Notes: generated from the letters alone by a model not told the origin. DNA of 64,000 bases from an uncultured Candidatus Rokubacteria bacterium (GCA_963789955.1 CAWBMV010000020.1:86111-150110); one strand, 5' to 3'; shown: positions 11,309 to 22,427, counted from the stretch's first letter. Program-made: numbers and translations.

Positions 11309-12183
11309 GGGAGCCGCTCCAGCACGCGCAGCTTCGCGCTCCTGGCGCGGGGATTCGCCCGCACCTCGTCGTCGCTGGGCTGACGCGGCGACGGCTCGAG
11401 CTCGGCGAATCCCGCCGGCTCCAGAGCCCGGAACGTCTGCTTCACGATGCGATCTTCGCCCGAATGAAACGAGATGACGCCCAGACGGCCGCCGGCCGTC
11501 AGGAGAGCGGGCGCCTGCGCCAGCGCGTTTCGGAGCGCGCCGGGCTCGTCGTTGACCGCCATGCGGATCGCCTGGAAGGTCCGCGTGGCGACGTGCAAGC
11601 GGCGCGGCCACGCCGCGCGAGGTACCGCGCCGCGGACCGCCGCCACGAGGTCGCCCGTCCGCGCCAGGGGGCGGCGGCGGACGATGGCCCGCGCGATCCG
11701 CCGCGCGTGCGGCTCCTCGCCGTACTCGAAGATGATTCGCGCCAGCTCCGCCTCGGGGACGTGGTTCAGGAGCTTGCCCGCCGGCTCGCCGCTCGAGGGA
11801 TCCAGCCGCATGTCGAGCGGCTCGTCCCCCTGGAACGAGAACCCGCGCCCCGACTGCTCGAGCTGCCACGACGACACGCCCAGATCCATGAGAATCGAGC
11901 GCGCGCGGTCGACGCCGCGCTCGGCGGCGGCCTCGGCGAGACGGCCGAAGCTCGAGTGAGCGAGGGCGACGCGGTCGCCGAACGGCGTCAGGCGTTCGCG
12001 CGCCTGCGCGAGCGCCGCGGCGTCCGTGTCGAGGCCGAGCAGGCGCACGGAGCTGGCGCTGGCGCTCAAGATCGCCTCGGCGTGACCACCCATACCCACC
12101 GTCGCATCGATCACCCACCCCTCGTCGCGCGGTCGCAAGAAGAACACGACCTCGTCGACGAGCACCGGAACGTGAACCGCTAC
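11305..12183 (-). CDS. rsmH: 16S rRNA m4C1402 methyltransferase (start codon uncertain)
   Basis: HVPVL, DATVGMGGHA, DLGVSS, RGFSF, LDMR, FQAIRMAVN, ISFHSGEDR, NPRARSAKLR. Confidence 0.95.
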   Translation of the reverse strand, partial: VAVHVPVLVDEVVFFLRPRDEGWVIDATVGMGGHAEAILSASASSVRLLGLDTDAAALAQARERLTPFGDRVALAHSSFGRLAEAAAERGVDRARSILMDLGVSSWQLEQSGRGFSFQGDEPLDMRLDPSSGEPAGKLLNHVPEAELARIIFEYGEEPHARRIARAIVRRRPLARTGDLVAAVRGAVPRAAWPRRLHVATRTFQAIRMAVNDEPGALRNALAQAPALLTAGGRLGVISFHSGEDRIVKQTFRALEPAGFAELEPSPRQPSDDEVRANPRARSAKLRVLERLP

Positions 12184-12623
12184 ACTCCCAGGCCCGATAG
12201 CCTTTCGAACAACGTCGGCAGCCGCTCGGCGCGTGTGCGCTCGTACTCGTCGAACCGGCTGCGATCCCACACCTCGAACTGGGGAAGCCCGCCGCCCACG
12301 AGCGTGACTTCCTTCTTCGAGAGTCCCGCCTGCTCGCGCACGTCCGGCGGGATGAGCACGCGCCCTGCCGCGTCGAGCGTCGCGTCCTTCGCGCGCGAGA
12401 TGTAGAGCCGGCCCAGCTCACGCACCTCGGGATTGAAGATCGACTGCTCGCGCAACTTCGTCTCGATGCGCTGCCACTCCTCCAACGGATGCACCTCGAG
12501 GCAGTAATCATTCGGGACGACGACCAGCGCGCCGTCGTACTGCGCGAGCGTGTCCCGGAATTTCGCCGGCACGCTCAGGCGCCCTTTCGGATCGATCGTG
12601 TGCTGGTACCGTCCTCTAAACAT
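12180..12623 (-). CDS. mraZ: division/cell wall cluster transcriptional repressor MraZ
   Basis: MFRGRYQHTIDPKGRLSVP and LDAAGRVLIP repeats; first gene of the dcw cluster. Confidence 0.96.
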   Translation of the reverse strand: MFRGRYQHTIDPKGRLSVPAKFRDTLAQYDGALVVVPNDYCLEVHPLEEWQRIETKLREQSIFNPEVRELGRLYISRAKDATLDAAGRVLIPPDVREQAGLSKKEVTLVGGGLPQFEVWDRSRFDEYERTRAERLPTLFERLSGLGV

Positions 12624-12658
12624 ATCCGGATTTCGCCGATCCCTGTCTAAGCCTTCAT

Positions 12659-12675
12659 CCCACTTTGCCCCACTT
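12659..12675 (-). promoter_or_regulatory. MraZ operator (GTGGG repeats, 10-nt period)
   Basis: Minus strand reads AAGTGGGGCAAAGTGGG just downstream of the predicted transcription start; matches the known MraZ TGGG-type direct repeats. Confidence 0.75.
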
Positions 12676-12683
12676 GAAATGCG

Positions 12684-12713
12684 AGATTAGCTGTTAGCCC
12701 AAACCCCTGTCAA
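12684..12713 (-). promoter_or_regulatory. sigma70-type promoter of the dcw operon
   Basis: TTGACA (12713-12708), 18 nt, TAATCT (12689-12684). Confidence 0.75.
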
Positions 12714-12980
12714 GGGTAAAAGAGACGATTTTGAGCGTAATTAGCCTCCGGTGACCCCTGACGACCGGTGGTGTCAGCTGACCCACTTTTACCCCGGGAA
12801 TGGTGGGTAGGCCGGGATCGGGTCTCGGCGAGCCCCGGATCGCCGGGAAACTGGAGGGGTTCAGCTACCCGGCGGGCCCTGGACGTGGGCCGGGTGGACG
12901 GGCCGGCGGGCCGGGAACAGATCGGATCCGGCACGAGCGCGCCGAATCTCGCGAGGCGCGCTCGCGGAGCAAGCGCTGGA

Positions 12981-13508
12981 TCAGCGATTGCGCAATCGCA
13001 CCCGCGTCGAGAATGTCGTCGCGACCGAGCGATCGGCAAGATCCCACGCGGCCTCGGTCACGAGCGTGATCACGACGGTCCGCACGTCGTCGGCAACCGC
13101 GACGGTGTTGCCCGCTGCGTCGAGGTACTCGAGCGTGAATCGCCTGACGCCGTCGATGACCGGCTGAGCGCCGCCGCCGGCGTCACGACGTAAGGTCGCC
13201 CCGACCAATCGCCAGGCGATCGTCTCGCCGGAGCCGGCGATGACGCCGTTTCCGTCGAGGTCGTGATGCAGCACGATGTGCGTCGGCTCGGCCACGGCGA
13301 TCGCGGCAAATGCCGCGGGACTCGGCCCGAGCCCCGCCGTCCGGATCTCCCCTGCAAGACGCTCGACGGCGACGCGCGCGCTTTGCTGAGATTCGGCGCG
13401 AGCGGCGCCGACCATGTAGACCCGGAGTCCTTCCTGGAGCACGGTGAACATGCCCGCCGAGGCGACTCCGAAGACGGCCACGGCGACGAGGAGATCGGCG
13501 AGGTGCAC
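12981..13508 (-). CDS. PilW-like type IV minor pilin/pseudopilin
   Basis: Hydrophobic N-helix then QQSARVAVERLAGEIRTAG, DLDGNG, and C-terminal TRVRLRN typical of PilW/GspJ-like proteins; start uncertain. Confidence 0.65.
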   Translation of the reverse strand: MHLADLLVAVAVFGVASAGMFTVLQEGLRVYMVGAARAESQQSARVAVERLAGEIRTAGLGPSPAAFAAIAVAEPTHIVLHHDLDGNGVIAGSGETIAWRLVGATLRRDAGGGAQPVIDGVRRFTLEYLDAAGNTVAVADDVRTVVITLVTEAAWDLADRSVATTFSTRVRLRNR

Positions 13509-13611
13509 GAAGCCAAGGTCGCCGTGGCCGAGCGCCTGGTCAATGCCCGAAAACGCAGACAGCTGCGGGTTACAAACCTCGCGACTTCGGCGTCAGCCGC
13601 GAAGTAGGCGC

Positions 13612-13845
13612 CTACGGCAGCCGAACCACCGTCCAGCCGCGCGTGAGCATCTCGGAATCCTCGAGCGGTCGAGCACGGCGCCCATACCGACGGCGCTCGG
13701 TCGCCGGCGGAACCTCGTGGCGGCGACGCTTCACGACGCGGCGGTCGAGGATCACCTCGACGTCTCGTTCCTGCCCCAGCACCACGCGAAGCGATTCGTA
13801 GAGCTCTCGCCGGCTCTGCGACACGATGAAGAGGAGCCGCTCCAT
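13612..13845 (-). CDS. Arg-repeat microprotein, paralog 1 (77 aa)
   Basis: FIVS...LYESL...VEVILDRR...RR...ERR..GRR...GW; aligns with 27292-27531 and 54486-54797. Confidence 0.75.
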   Translation of the reverse strand: MERLLFIVSQSRRELYESLRVVLGQERDVEVILDRRVVKRRRHEVPPATERRRYGRRARPLEDSEMLTRGWTVVRLP

Positions 13846-13849
13846 CGCC

Positions 13850-15262
13850 CTACTCCAGCACGGGACGGTGCTGGGCCCATGGACGCGCGCGCTCGAACGC
13901 CGCCGAGGCGCGCAGCACGGTCGAGTCGTCGAAGCGACGGCCGACGATCTGCAGCCCGATCGGCAGACCGTCCTTCGTGAATCCGCACGGCACCGACGCG
14001 GCCGGCTGGCCCGTCACGTTGAACGGATACGTGAACGGGATCCACGCGTAGGCCTCGACCGGCTTCCCCGCGATCTCGGTCGGGTTGTCGAGCCCCACCT
14101 TGAACGGCGGACACGCGATCGTGGGCGTCAGCAGGAGATCGTACTTCTCGAAGAACGCGCGCGGGTGCTGCCACCAGGCGAGACGGTCGAACCACGCCTG
14201 CACGTATTTCGACGGCGGATTCTTGAGCGTCGTCTCGATGATCCGCAGGAGCCCGGGCTCGATGTCGCTCGGCCGATCGACGTACGACGCCATGCGCGTC
14301 GCGATGCCGCCGCAGAAGATCTCGCCCCACGCCTCGCGCGGCGAGGGCCAGCCCGGCTTGACCTCGTCGACCTTGCAGCCGAGCTCGCGAAACGCGCGCG
14401 CCGCCTTGGCGCACGACGCGCGCACCTCCGGGTCGACCGCCTCCACGAAGCCGAGGTCGTCCGTGTACGCGACGCGCAGCCCCTTCACGCCGCCGCGCAT
14501 CGATTTCAGATAGTCCTCGCCCGCGGCGGGCAACGAGTACTGATCGCGCTCGTCGGGGCCGGCGCACACGGTGAGCATCAGCGCGGCGTCGGCGACGGTG
14601 CGCGTCAGCGGGCCGATGTGCGAGAGGCTCCACGCGCCGCTGGCCGGATGCGTCGGGATGCGGCCGTACGACGGCTTGTGGCCGAAGATCCCGGCGCACG
14701 ACGCGGGGATGCGGATCGAGCCGCCGCCGTCGGTGCCGATGTGAAGCGGTCCGAGACCGGCCGCCGCGGCCGCCGAGGCGCCGCCGCTCGAGCCGCCCGG
14801 CGTCCGCTCGAGATTCCACGGATTGCGCGTGATCCCGAAGACGAGGTTGTGCGTGGCGCCGATCCAGCCGAAGGTCGGCGTGTTGGTCTTGCCGAGCATG
14901 ATCCCGCCGGCGGCCTTCATGCGCTCGACCATCGGCGCGTCCTCGGCCGGGACGTTGTCGCGATAGAACGGCGTGCCGAACGTCGTCCGCACGCCCTTCG
15001 TGTTCACGAGGTCCTTCACCGAGAACGGCACGCCGTGCAGCGGCCCCAGCCGTGCGCTCCGCTTGCCGACCGCGCGCTCGGCGGCCTTCGCCTCGCGGCG
15101 CGCGGCGTCGTCGGTCAGGGTCACGAACGCGTTGAGCCGAGGATTGATCTTCTCGATGCGGTCCAGCACCGCATCGACCACCTCGACCGGTGACACCTTC
15201 TTCTTCTGGATCAGCGCCGCCAGCTCGGTCGCCGGCAGCCACGCGAGCCTCGTGTCAGCCAT
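13850..15262 (-). CDS. amidase signature family protein
   Basis: GPLHGVPFSVKD, GKTNTP, PGGSSGG, GTDGGGSIRIP (Ser-cisSer-Lys triad). Confidence 0.92.
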   Translation of the reverse strand: MADTRLAWLPATELAALIQKKKVSPVEVVDAVLDRIEKINPRLNAFVTLTDDAARREAKAAERAVGKRSARLGPLHGVPFSVKDLVNTKGVRTTFGTPFYRDNVPAEDAPMVERMKAAGGIMLGKTNTPTFGWIGATHNLVFGITRNPWNLERTPGGSSGGASAAAAAGLGPLHIGTDGGGSIRIPASCAGIFGHKPSYGRIPTHPASGAWSLSHIGPLTRTVADAALMLTVCAGPDERDQYSLPAAGEDYLKSMRGGVKGLRVAYTDDLGFVEAVDPEVRASCAKAARAFRELGCKVDEVKPGWPSPREAWGEIFCGGIATRMASYVDRPSDIEPGLLRIIETTLKNPPSKYVQAWFDRLAWWQHPRAFFEKYDLLLTPTIACPPFKVGLDNPTEIAGKPVEAYAWIPFTYPFNVTGQPAASVPCGFTKDGLPIGLQIVGRRFDDSTVLRASAAFERARPWAQHRPVLE

Positions 15263-15312
15263 CTGCGCGTCTCCTTGGGTTGCGGTCGCGGGTCGTCATC
15301 GAGCGGATCGCG

Positions 15313-16209
15313 TCAGCTTCCGCGGAGCCGAGGATCGAGTGTGTCGCGCAGCGCGTCGCCGAGCAGGTTCGAGGCGAACACGGCGAGGCTGATCGCGATA
15401 CCCGGGAAGAGCACGAGGTGCGGCGCCTTCTGGGCGTACTCGGCGGCGGAGACCGACAGCATGCGGCCCCACGACGGGTACGGCTCGGGCACCCCGAGCC
15501 CGAGGTAGGACAAGGTCGCCTCGACGAGGATCGCGCTCCCGAGCTGCGCCGTGCACAGCACGATGAACGGACCGATCGTGTTGGGCAGGATGTGGCGGAA
15601 CGCGATACGCAGGTGCTGAACGCCCAGCGAGCGCGCCGCCTCGATGTACTGCATCTCGCGGATCGAGAGCACGCTCGAGCGGATCACGCGCGCCGCCCGC
15701 GGGATGATCGGGATCGAGATCGCGATCACCACGTTCTGCACCGAGGGACCGAGGGCGGCCGACATCACGAGCGCGAGCACGAGCAGCGGCAGCCCCTGCA
15801 AGATGTCCAGGATCCGCTGGGTCACCAGGTCGATCTTGCCGCCGGCGTAGCCGGACAGGAGCCCGATGATGCCGCCGAGGACCGAGCCCAGGAGCGTGGA
15901 GGCGACCCCGACTACCAGCGAGACGCGCGCGCCGTGAACGATCCGCGAGTAGATGTCGCGCCCCAGATGGTCGGTGCCCAGCCAGTGCTCGACATTCGGC
16001 GCGCCGAGCGTGTAGGCCGCGTTGGTGGCGATCGGATCGTGGGTCTGCAGCACGTCGGCGAAGACGGCCGTGATCAGCATCAGCAGCATCAGCGCGCCGC
16101 CGGCGGCGCCGAGCGGCTTCTTGCGGACGAATCGCGCGACCACGGCCCAGGCCCCGGACCGCGGGCGCACGCCAGCCGGTACGGCGATCGCGGCCGGCCT
16201 AACCGCCAT
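15313..16209 (-). CDS. peptide/nickel ABC transporter permease (DppC-like)
   Basis: HWLGTDHLGRDIYSR, YIEAARSLG (EAA loop), RHILPN, LGDALRD. Confidence 0.92.
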   Translation of the reverse strand: MAVRPAAIAVPAGVRPRSGAWAVVARFVRKKPLGAAGGALMLLMLITAVFADVLQTHDPIATNAAYTLGAPNVEHWLGTDHLGRDIYSRIVHGARVSLVVGVASTLLGSVLGGIIGLLSGYAGGKIDLVTQRILDILQGLPLLVLALVMSAALGPSVQNVVIAISIPIIPRAARVIRSSVLSIREMQYIEAARSLGVQHLRIAFRHILPNTIGPFIVLCTAQLGSAILVEATLSYLGLGVPEPYPSWGRMLSVSAAEYAQKAPHLVLFPGIAISLAVFASNLLGDALRDTLDPRLRGS

Positions 16210-17153
16210 AGCGGACTCGCGGGTCGAGGACGCCGTACAGCATGTCCACGAAGAGGTTCGAGAGGATCACGACGATCGCGATGAACATGACGAGGTTCTG
16301 TACCACCGGATAGTCCCGCCACAGGATCGCCTGCACCAGGAACCGCGCGACGCCGGGCAGATTGAACACGGTCTCGGTGACCACGAGCCCGCCGATGAGA
16401 AACGCGAACTCGATCCCGATCACGGTGACGACCGGCAGCAGCGCGTTCTTGAGGGCGTGGCGCCAGATGACGATGCGCCCGGTCTGTCCCTTCGCCCACG
16501 CGGTCCGGATGTAGTCCTCGCGCATCACCTCGAGCAGCGACGAGCGCGTGATGCGCATGATGAGCGCCGACGAGCGATAGCCGACGGCGAGAGCCGGCAA
16601 CAGGAACTGGATCGCGTGCAGCTTCAGATCCTTCGCGGGTGACACGTAGGTGATCGGCGGGATCCAGGCGAACCAGGAGACGAGAGTCAGGATGATCACC
16701 ATGCCCAGCCAGAACGCCGGCATCGAAAGCCCGGCGAGGCTGAACACGCGCAGCGCATAGTCGAGCGTCGTGTCCTGCCGCACGGCGCTGATGACACCCG
16801 TCGGCACGCCGATGAGCACGGCAAAGACCATCGACAGCGCCGCCAGCTCGAGTGTCACCGGCACGCAGCGGCCGGATGACCTCCCAGGCGGGCAGGTCAT
16901 ACCGGTAGGACTTGCCGAGGTCGCCGGTCACGATCTGATGGAGCCAGTCGAGGTACTGGACCACGTACGGCCGGTCCATCCCGAGCTCCTTCAGGATCGC
17001 CTGCTTCTCGGACGGGCTGACGTAGCCGGCGGTCGAAAAGAGAATGTCGACGATGTCGCCCGGCGCCAGGCGCAGCAGGACGAAGATCACCACCGACATC
17101 CCCAGCAACGTCAAGAGCGCGATCGCGAGACGCTGGGCGACGTAGGTTTTCAC
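16199..17153 (-). CDS. peptide/nickel ABC transporter permease (DppB-like; frameshift near 16870)
   Basis: LAPGD, GDLGKSY in one frame; VTLELA, DYIRTAWAKG, ETVFNLPG, RDYPVVQ in another. Confidence 0.88.
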
Positions 17154-17235
17154 GCGCGGCCGTGCGCGCCGCCGGCCGGCGCCGGGCTCGAGCCCCGCCG
17201 GCCGCGGCGCACCATATCGTGAATGGCCGCCCGGT

Positions 17236-18851
17236 CTACTTGTCGCTCCACACGTCCTGCATCCGGGCGAAGTTGTAGATGTTGTGATGCGGGACCAGGT
17301 TCTTCACGTACGGCCACATCGTGAAGTAGTCGATCCGATGGTCCAGCACGGGCCGGGCCGCGTCCTCCTCGAGCTTCTTCTGAATCGTGACCACGATGCC
17401 CAGCCGCCGCTTGACGTCGAGCTCCTGCGACTGCTGGTCGATCATCTTCATGACGTGCTCGTTGCAGTAGAAGCTGTAGTTGCGCGGCGAGCCGCACGCG
17501 AAGTTCTCGTACAGGTTGGCGTCGGGATCGTCCACGCCGAGGCCCGTCAGATTCGCGCCGATCTGATAGTCGCCCGCGCGTGGCCATCGCGTGCCACTGG
17601 GCGGTCTCGATCTGCTTGAGCGTCGCGTCGATCCCCACCTGCTTGAGCTCGTTGATGACGAACGAGGCCATGTCGACGTACACGGCGATCGCGCGCGTGA
17701 CCATCTCGACGCGGAGCGGATGCTGCGGTGTCACGCCCGACTCGGCCAGGAGCTTGCGCGCCCTGATCCTTCATCTCGGACGGCTTGCCGTAGCCGGGCA
17801 AGCTCAGGCAGATCCTTTTCGGGCATCCCCCAGACGCCGTAGGGCCGGGCGCCATCGCCGCGCCGGGAACGGCGGCGCCCTGGTGGACCGCCTGGATCAG
17901 CCCGCGCCGGTCGATGGCGTAGCTCACCGCGAGCCGGATCTTCGGGTTGTCGAAGGGCGGCTTCTTGCTGTTCATGATGATGTTGTCGGTCACCGCGGTG
18001 GCGACCGGCGTGACGACGAGCTGGGGCACCGCCTTCTTGAGCTGCTCGGACGCCGCCTTGGTCGTCTCGCCCGGAAACGCCACGTCGAGCTGGCCGGCTT
18101 GAAGCGCCGCGGTGCGCGTGCCCCGCTCGACGATCACCACGTAGTGGAGCGCGTCGAGGTACGGGCGGCCCTTGATGAAGTAGTCCGGGTTCTTCACGTA
18201 GTCGAGGTACTCACCCTTGCGCCACTCCTTGACCTTGAACGGCCCGGTGCCGACGCAGCTCGTCCGGTAATTCGCGGGCGGAATGTGGGCCGCGTAGATC
18301 GGCGTGTAGCCCGACGCGAGCATCGACAGGAGTGACGGCTGCGGCCGCTTCAGCCGGAAGACGACGGTGTAGGCGTCCGGGGCTTCGATCGCCTCGACGT
18401 TGGCGTACCAGTCCTTCCGCGGATTGATCCGGAGCTTGGCCGGTGCGTCCGGCGCCTCACGCAGCATGTCGAAGGTGAACTTCACGTCCTTCGAGGTGAA
18501 CGGCTTGCCGTCGTGCCACTTGACGTTCTTGCGAAGGAAGAAGACGAGATTCCGGTAATTGTCCTGCCACGACCACTTCTCGGCCAGGTCGCCGACGATG
18601 GTGTCGGTGCTCTCGATCGCCTTGGCTGGATCGAACTGCACCAGGTTGTTGAAGCAGGGCGCGGCCGGGAACACGGTCGAGATCGTCGAGCTCTCATGGA
18701 TCGCGAAACCCTGCGAGAGATCCTCGCGCAGCATGATGTTCAGGTTTCCACCGGATTTCGGCGCCTGGCTCTGGGCCGGGGCGGCGAACGTGAGCGTCGC
18801 GACGATGAGGCCGAGGGCGGCGATATACGGCAAGGCGCGTGAGCGCGGCAT
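17236..18851 (-). CDS. peptide/nickel ABC substrate-binding protein, family 5 (several frameshifts 17575-17850)
   Basis: Signal peptide from ATG 18851; DLAEKW, LRKNVKWHDGKPFT, VGTGPFK, PFDNPKIRLA; C-terminus MQDVWSDK. Confidence 0.88.
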
Positions 18852-18936
18852 TGAGGCCTCCTTGGGATTCAGCGTGACGGAGTTTACGTGAAAACACCGG
18901 AGGCGACAAACCGGTTTCCGCCCGGTGCGGCGCATC

Positions 18937-20206
18937 TCAGAAGAGGCGCAGCGCCAGGTGAATCGCGTAGAGCAGCCCACCGGCCAGGCCGCCGACGACG
19001 GTGCCGTTGACGCGGATGTACTGAAGATCGTCCCCGGCGTGCTCTTCGATGAGTCGCACCGCGCCCTCGGGGCCGAGCGCCAGCACGCCGTTCTCGATGA
19101 ACTCGGCGATCCGCTGGTGATGACGCTCGATGATCTCGAGCACCCGCGCCTTGCCCCAGCGGTCGAGCTGGAGGCGAAGTTCCTCGTCGGCGACCAGCGC
19201 CTGCCGGGCGCGCTCGAGCCGCTCGACGATCCAGACGCGCACCTCGGAGCGCGGCCGCTCGAGGTCGGCCAGAAGGGTCCGGTGGAGCGCCGCGGCGGTA
19301 TCTTCGATGACCCGCGTCGCGATCGGCGTCGCGAGCAGCTCGCGCTTGGCGGCCTCCACGCGTTCGGCCAGGCGGCCGTCGGTGCGGAGGCGGCCGGGCA
19401 GCTCGTTCATCGCCTCCATCAGGCGCTGGCGGACCGGATGGTCGGGCTCCTGCGGCCACCTGGCGCAGCCCGGCCTGGAGCGCCGAGAGCACGCGCTCGC
19501 GATCGATCAACCCGAGCATGCTGGCGACGCCGATCCAGAAGCGCGGATAGGCGCCCATCCGCTCGCGGTAGCGGGCCAGCAGATCGTCCACCAGCTCCCC
19601 GACCGTCGCGCGGAACGCCGGCCGATCGAGCGCCTCCGCGAGCGAGCCGGCCAGCGCCGTGACGATCCGCTGATCCCAGTCGTGGCGACGCACCATCTGC
19701 AGAGCCCCGGCGAGCACCGGCGCCAGCGGCCGGTCGAGCAGCAGGTCGCGGAGCCTGGTGATGACGTCACTCGCGGCTTTCGGCGACATCTCGGCGGCGA
19801 GCCAGCGCGCGAGCTCCCGCGTGGCGACGTCGAGATCGCGTGACGTCAATCGCTCGGCGGCCCGCGCGATCAGGGCGGCGATGTCGACGCGGGCGATCTC
19901 CTGCGCGACATACTCCTTCGTCAGCACACGGCTGCCGACCATCGTCCCGACGCGCGCCGCCATCAGCTCCCAGTTGGCCGGAATCAGCGCGGTGTGCGGG
20001 ATCGGCAGGCCGAGCGGGCGGCGAAAGATCGCCGTGACCGCGAACCAGTCGGCCAGCCCGCCGACGATCCCAGCCTCGGCGATTGCCAGTATCCACCCGC
20101 CCCACCACGTGGCGCGCAGCGGAAAGAAGGCGACGGCCAGCGCCGCCGCCGCCAGCAGCACACCCAGCGCGAGTCGTCGCTGGCGCCGGGGCGCGCGTTC
20201 AGTCAC
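18937..20206 (-). CDS. DUF445 family membrane protein (frameshift near 19450)
   Basis: EAGIVGGLADWFAVTAIFRRPLGLPIPHTA at the N-terminus and DLQYIRVNGTVVGG at the C-terminus. Confidence 0.88.
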
Positions 20207-20248
20207 GCTCGCTCACGGGAGGGCCTGCCCAGGGCGGCCGGCGGCCGA

Positions 20249-21959
20249 TCATCGGCGGCGCCGCGACGGCAGGAGAACTCGGCTCCGCTTGACGTCCCAG
20301 ACGCCGCGGGGGGAGAGGCGCACGGCGGGGAGGAAGTCGGCGGCCAGGAAGAACAGCGAGTAGAGCGGCTCGTGATGCGCGTAGCCCCGCTCGCCGAGCT
20401 GCCGGCGAAGCTCGTCTTCGGACCGAGCCGCTTCCTCGACGGTTCCGCGCGTCATGATGCCCCCGAGCGGCAGCGCCAGCTCATAGACGATCCGCTCGCC
20501 GTCGACGAGCACGATGCCCCCGTGCAGATCGAGGAGCCGGTTGACGGCACGCGCCATCGCCTCGGGCCGGCGACCCAGGGCGAGAATATTGAAGTCGGTG
20601 CTGGTCGTCGTCGCGAACCCGTCGAGCCGGTCGGCGAAGCCCGCCACGACACCCGGCGCGACCCAGCGCCCGGCGCGATCGAGGAGCGCTGCGTGGAGGT
20701 CGCCGGGCTCCATCGGTCGCTCCTGCAGCCGGCTGATCACCGCGCTGACGAGCTGGATGACGGGATAGCGAGCGCGGCGCGGAAGCTCGAAGTCGTCGGG
20801 CCGAGCGCGCCAGCGCACGGTGAGCCGCGCCTGGGGCGATCGGAAGACCCGCCGCCAGGGCGGCTCCGCGACGCGCGCCCATCAGGCGGCCGCCGGCGGC
20901 GATCACCTTGCCGCGCGCGATCACGGTCGACGGCCGCGGCTCGGCGAGGTCGTCGAGCACGCAGATGTCGGCGTAGCGACCCGGCGCGATGCCGCCCAGG
21001 TCGCCGTCGAGCCCGTAGTAGGTCGCCGGGTTCAGGGTCGCCATGCGGTACGCGTCGATCGGCGTCACGCCACGCTCGAGCGCGACCCGGATCAGGTGAT
21101 CGACGAACCCGTGGGTCCGCAGAAACGCGGGCATCGAGCCGTCGTTCGTGAGCATGAGCCGCGAGGCGAGCGCCGGCGCCGTCTTGAGGGCGTCGAGGAG
21201 CCCGACGAGGTCGGGGCGCAGCGACGACTCGCGCAGCATCACCGCGATACCCTGGCGCGCGCGATCGAGCACTTCCTGCGCGGTGATCGGCTCGTGGTCC
21301 GAGGTGAAGCCCGCGGCCGCGATCGCCGGGATCTTCTCGCCGGACGCGCCGGCGGTGTGTCCCTCGACGCGGGCGCCGCGAGCGAGCCCGAGGCGGCGCA
21401 GCAGCTCGGGATCGCCGCGCCAGGCGTCGGGCCAGCGCGTGACCTCCCCGACCGCCAGCGTGCGCGGATGAGCCAGCGCTTTCGCCAGGGTCGCGACGCC
21501 GAATCGCCGCCACTCGTCCGGCGTCCGACTCTGCGCGTGCGGCCGCACCATCCAGTAGAACCGTAGCGGCGACGTCATCAGCGCGTCGGCCACGGTCCGG
21601 AACGCGGCGAGGCCGCCGAGCTCCCAGAACTGCAACGTGTCCGCGACCACCGCGGTGGTGCCGAGCGGCAGGATGAATCGGGCGAGCGCCGACGGTGTCG
21701 TCAGGGTCGCCGGATGAACGTGCGGGTCGATGTAGCCGGGGACCAGGACGTGGCCGGTCGCATCGAGAACCTGCGTGCGCGCGCCCACCATCTCGTCGCG
21801 CACGCCGACGTACGCGATCCGCTCGCCCCGCGTCGCGACGTTGGCCGGGTACAGCTCGCCGGTATAGACGTTGAGCAGAGTGCCGCCGCGCACGTACAGA
21901 TCGGCGGGAGCGGCGCCACGAGCCACGTCGGTCAGGCGCCGACGCTCAGCGATGGTCAC
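20249..21959 (-). CDS. adenine deaminase-like amidohydrolase (frameshift near 20870)
   Basis: PGYIDPHVH, GTT, GEV, EGH, SDHE, ATLNPA, IAPGRYAD; C-terminal ELALPLGGIM. Confidence 0.8.
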
Positions 21960-21995
21960 GATAGATGATTATAGCGGCGGCAGTACAATCGACCC

Positions 21996-22421
21996 ATGAG
22001 TCGCGCGATCGTCGTCAATGACCGGGTGCGCGTGCCCGACAGGGCGCTGCACGTCCGGGCCGTGCGCGCGTCGGGGCCGGGCGGCCAGAACGTGAACAAG
22101 GTCGCGACGAAGGTCGACCTGCGCGTCGATCTCGATGCGATCGAGGGCCTTTCGGAGCCCGCGCTCGCGAGGTTGCGAGCGCTCTGTCGCCACCGGCTCG
22201 ACGCCGACGGCCGATTGATGGTCTCGAGCCAGACCGAGCGGAATCAGGCGCGGAATCTGGCGGACGCCCTCGACCGGGTCCGCGCACTGGTGACCGCCGC
22301 GCTGCGCGAGCCCCGATCCCGCAAGGCCTCGCGGCCCTCGGTGGCCTCTCGTGAGCGCAGGATCGAGACCAAGAAGCGGCGGAGCGCGCTCAAGCGCGAG
22401 CGCGCCCGCGAGCAGGACTGA
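21996..22421 (+). CDS. arfB: alternative ribosome-rescue factor B (peptidyl-tRNA hydrolase)
   Basis: RASGPGGQNVNKVAT, Q..N motif and basic tail RRIETKKRRSALKRER. Confidence 0.93.
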   Translation: MSRAIVVNDRVRVPDRALHVRAVRASGPGGQNVNKVATKVDLRVDLDAIEGLSEPALARLRALCRHRLDADGRLMVSSQTERNQARNLADALDRVRALVTAALREPRSRKASRPSVASRERRIETKKRRSALKRERAREQD

Positions 22422-22427
22422 GCGAGC

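Noticed and set aside
12720..12980. GC-rich intergenic region upstream of mraZ as RNase P RNA or another ncRNA
   Set aside because: rnpB often lies here, but the GAGGAAAGTCC and terminal conserved motifs are absent on both strands and the space is short; no other RNA family was recognisable by eye.
17155..17215. GC-rich imperfect hairpin between the SBP and first permease gene
   Set aside because: A common mRNA-stabilising feature of ABC operons; not unusual.
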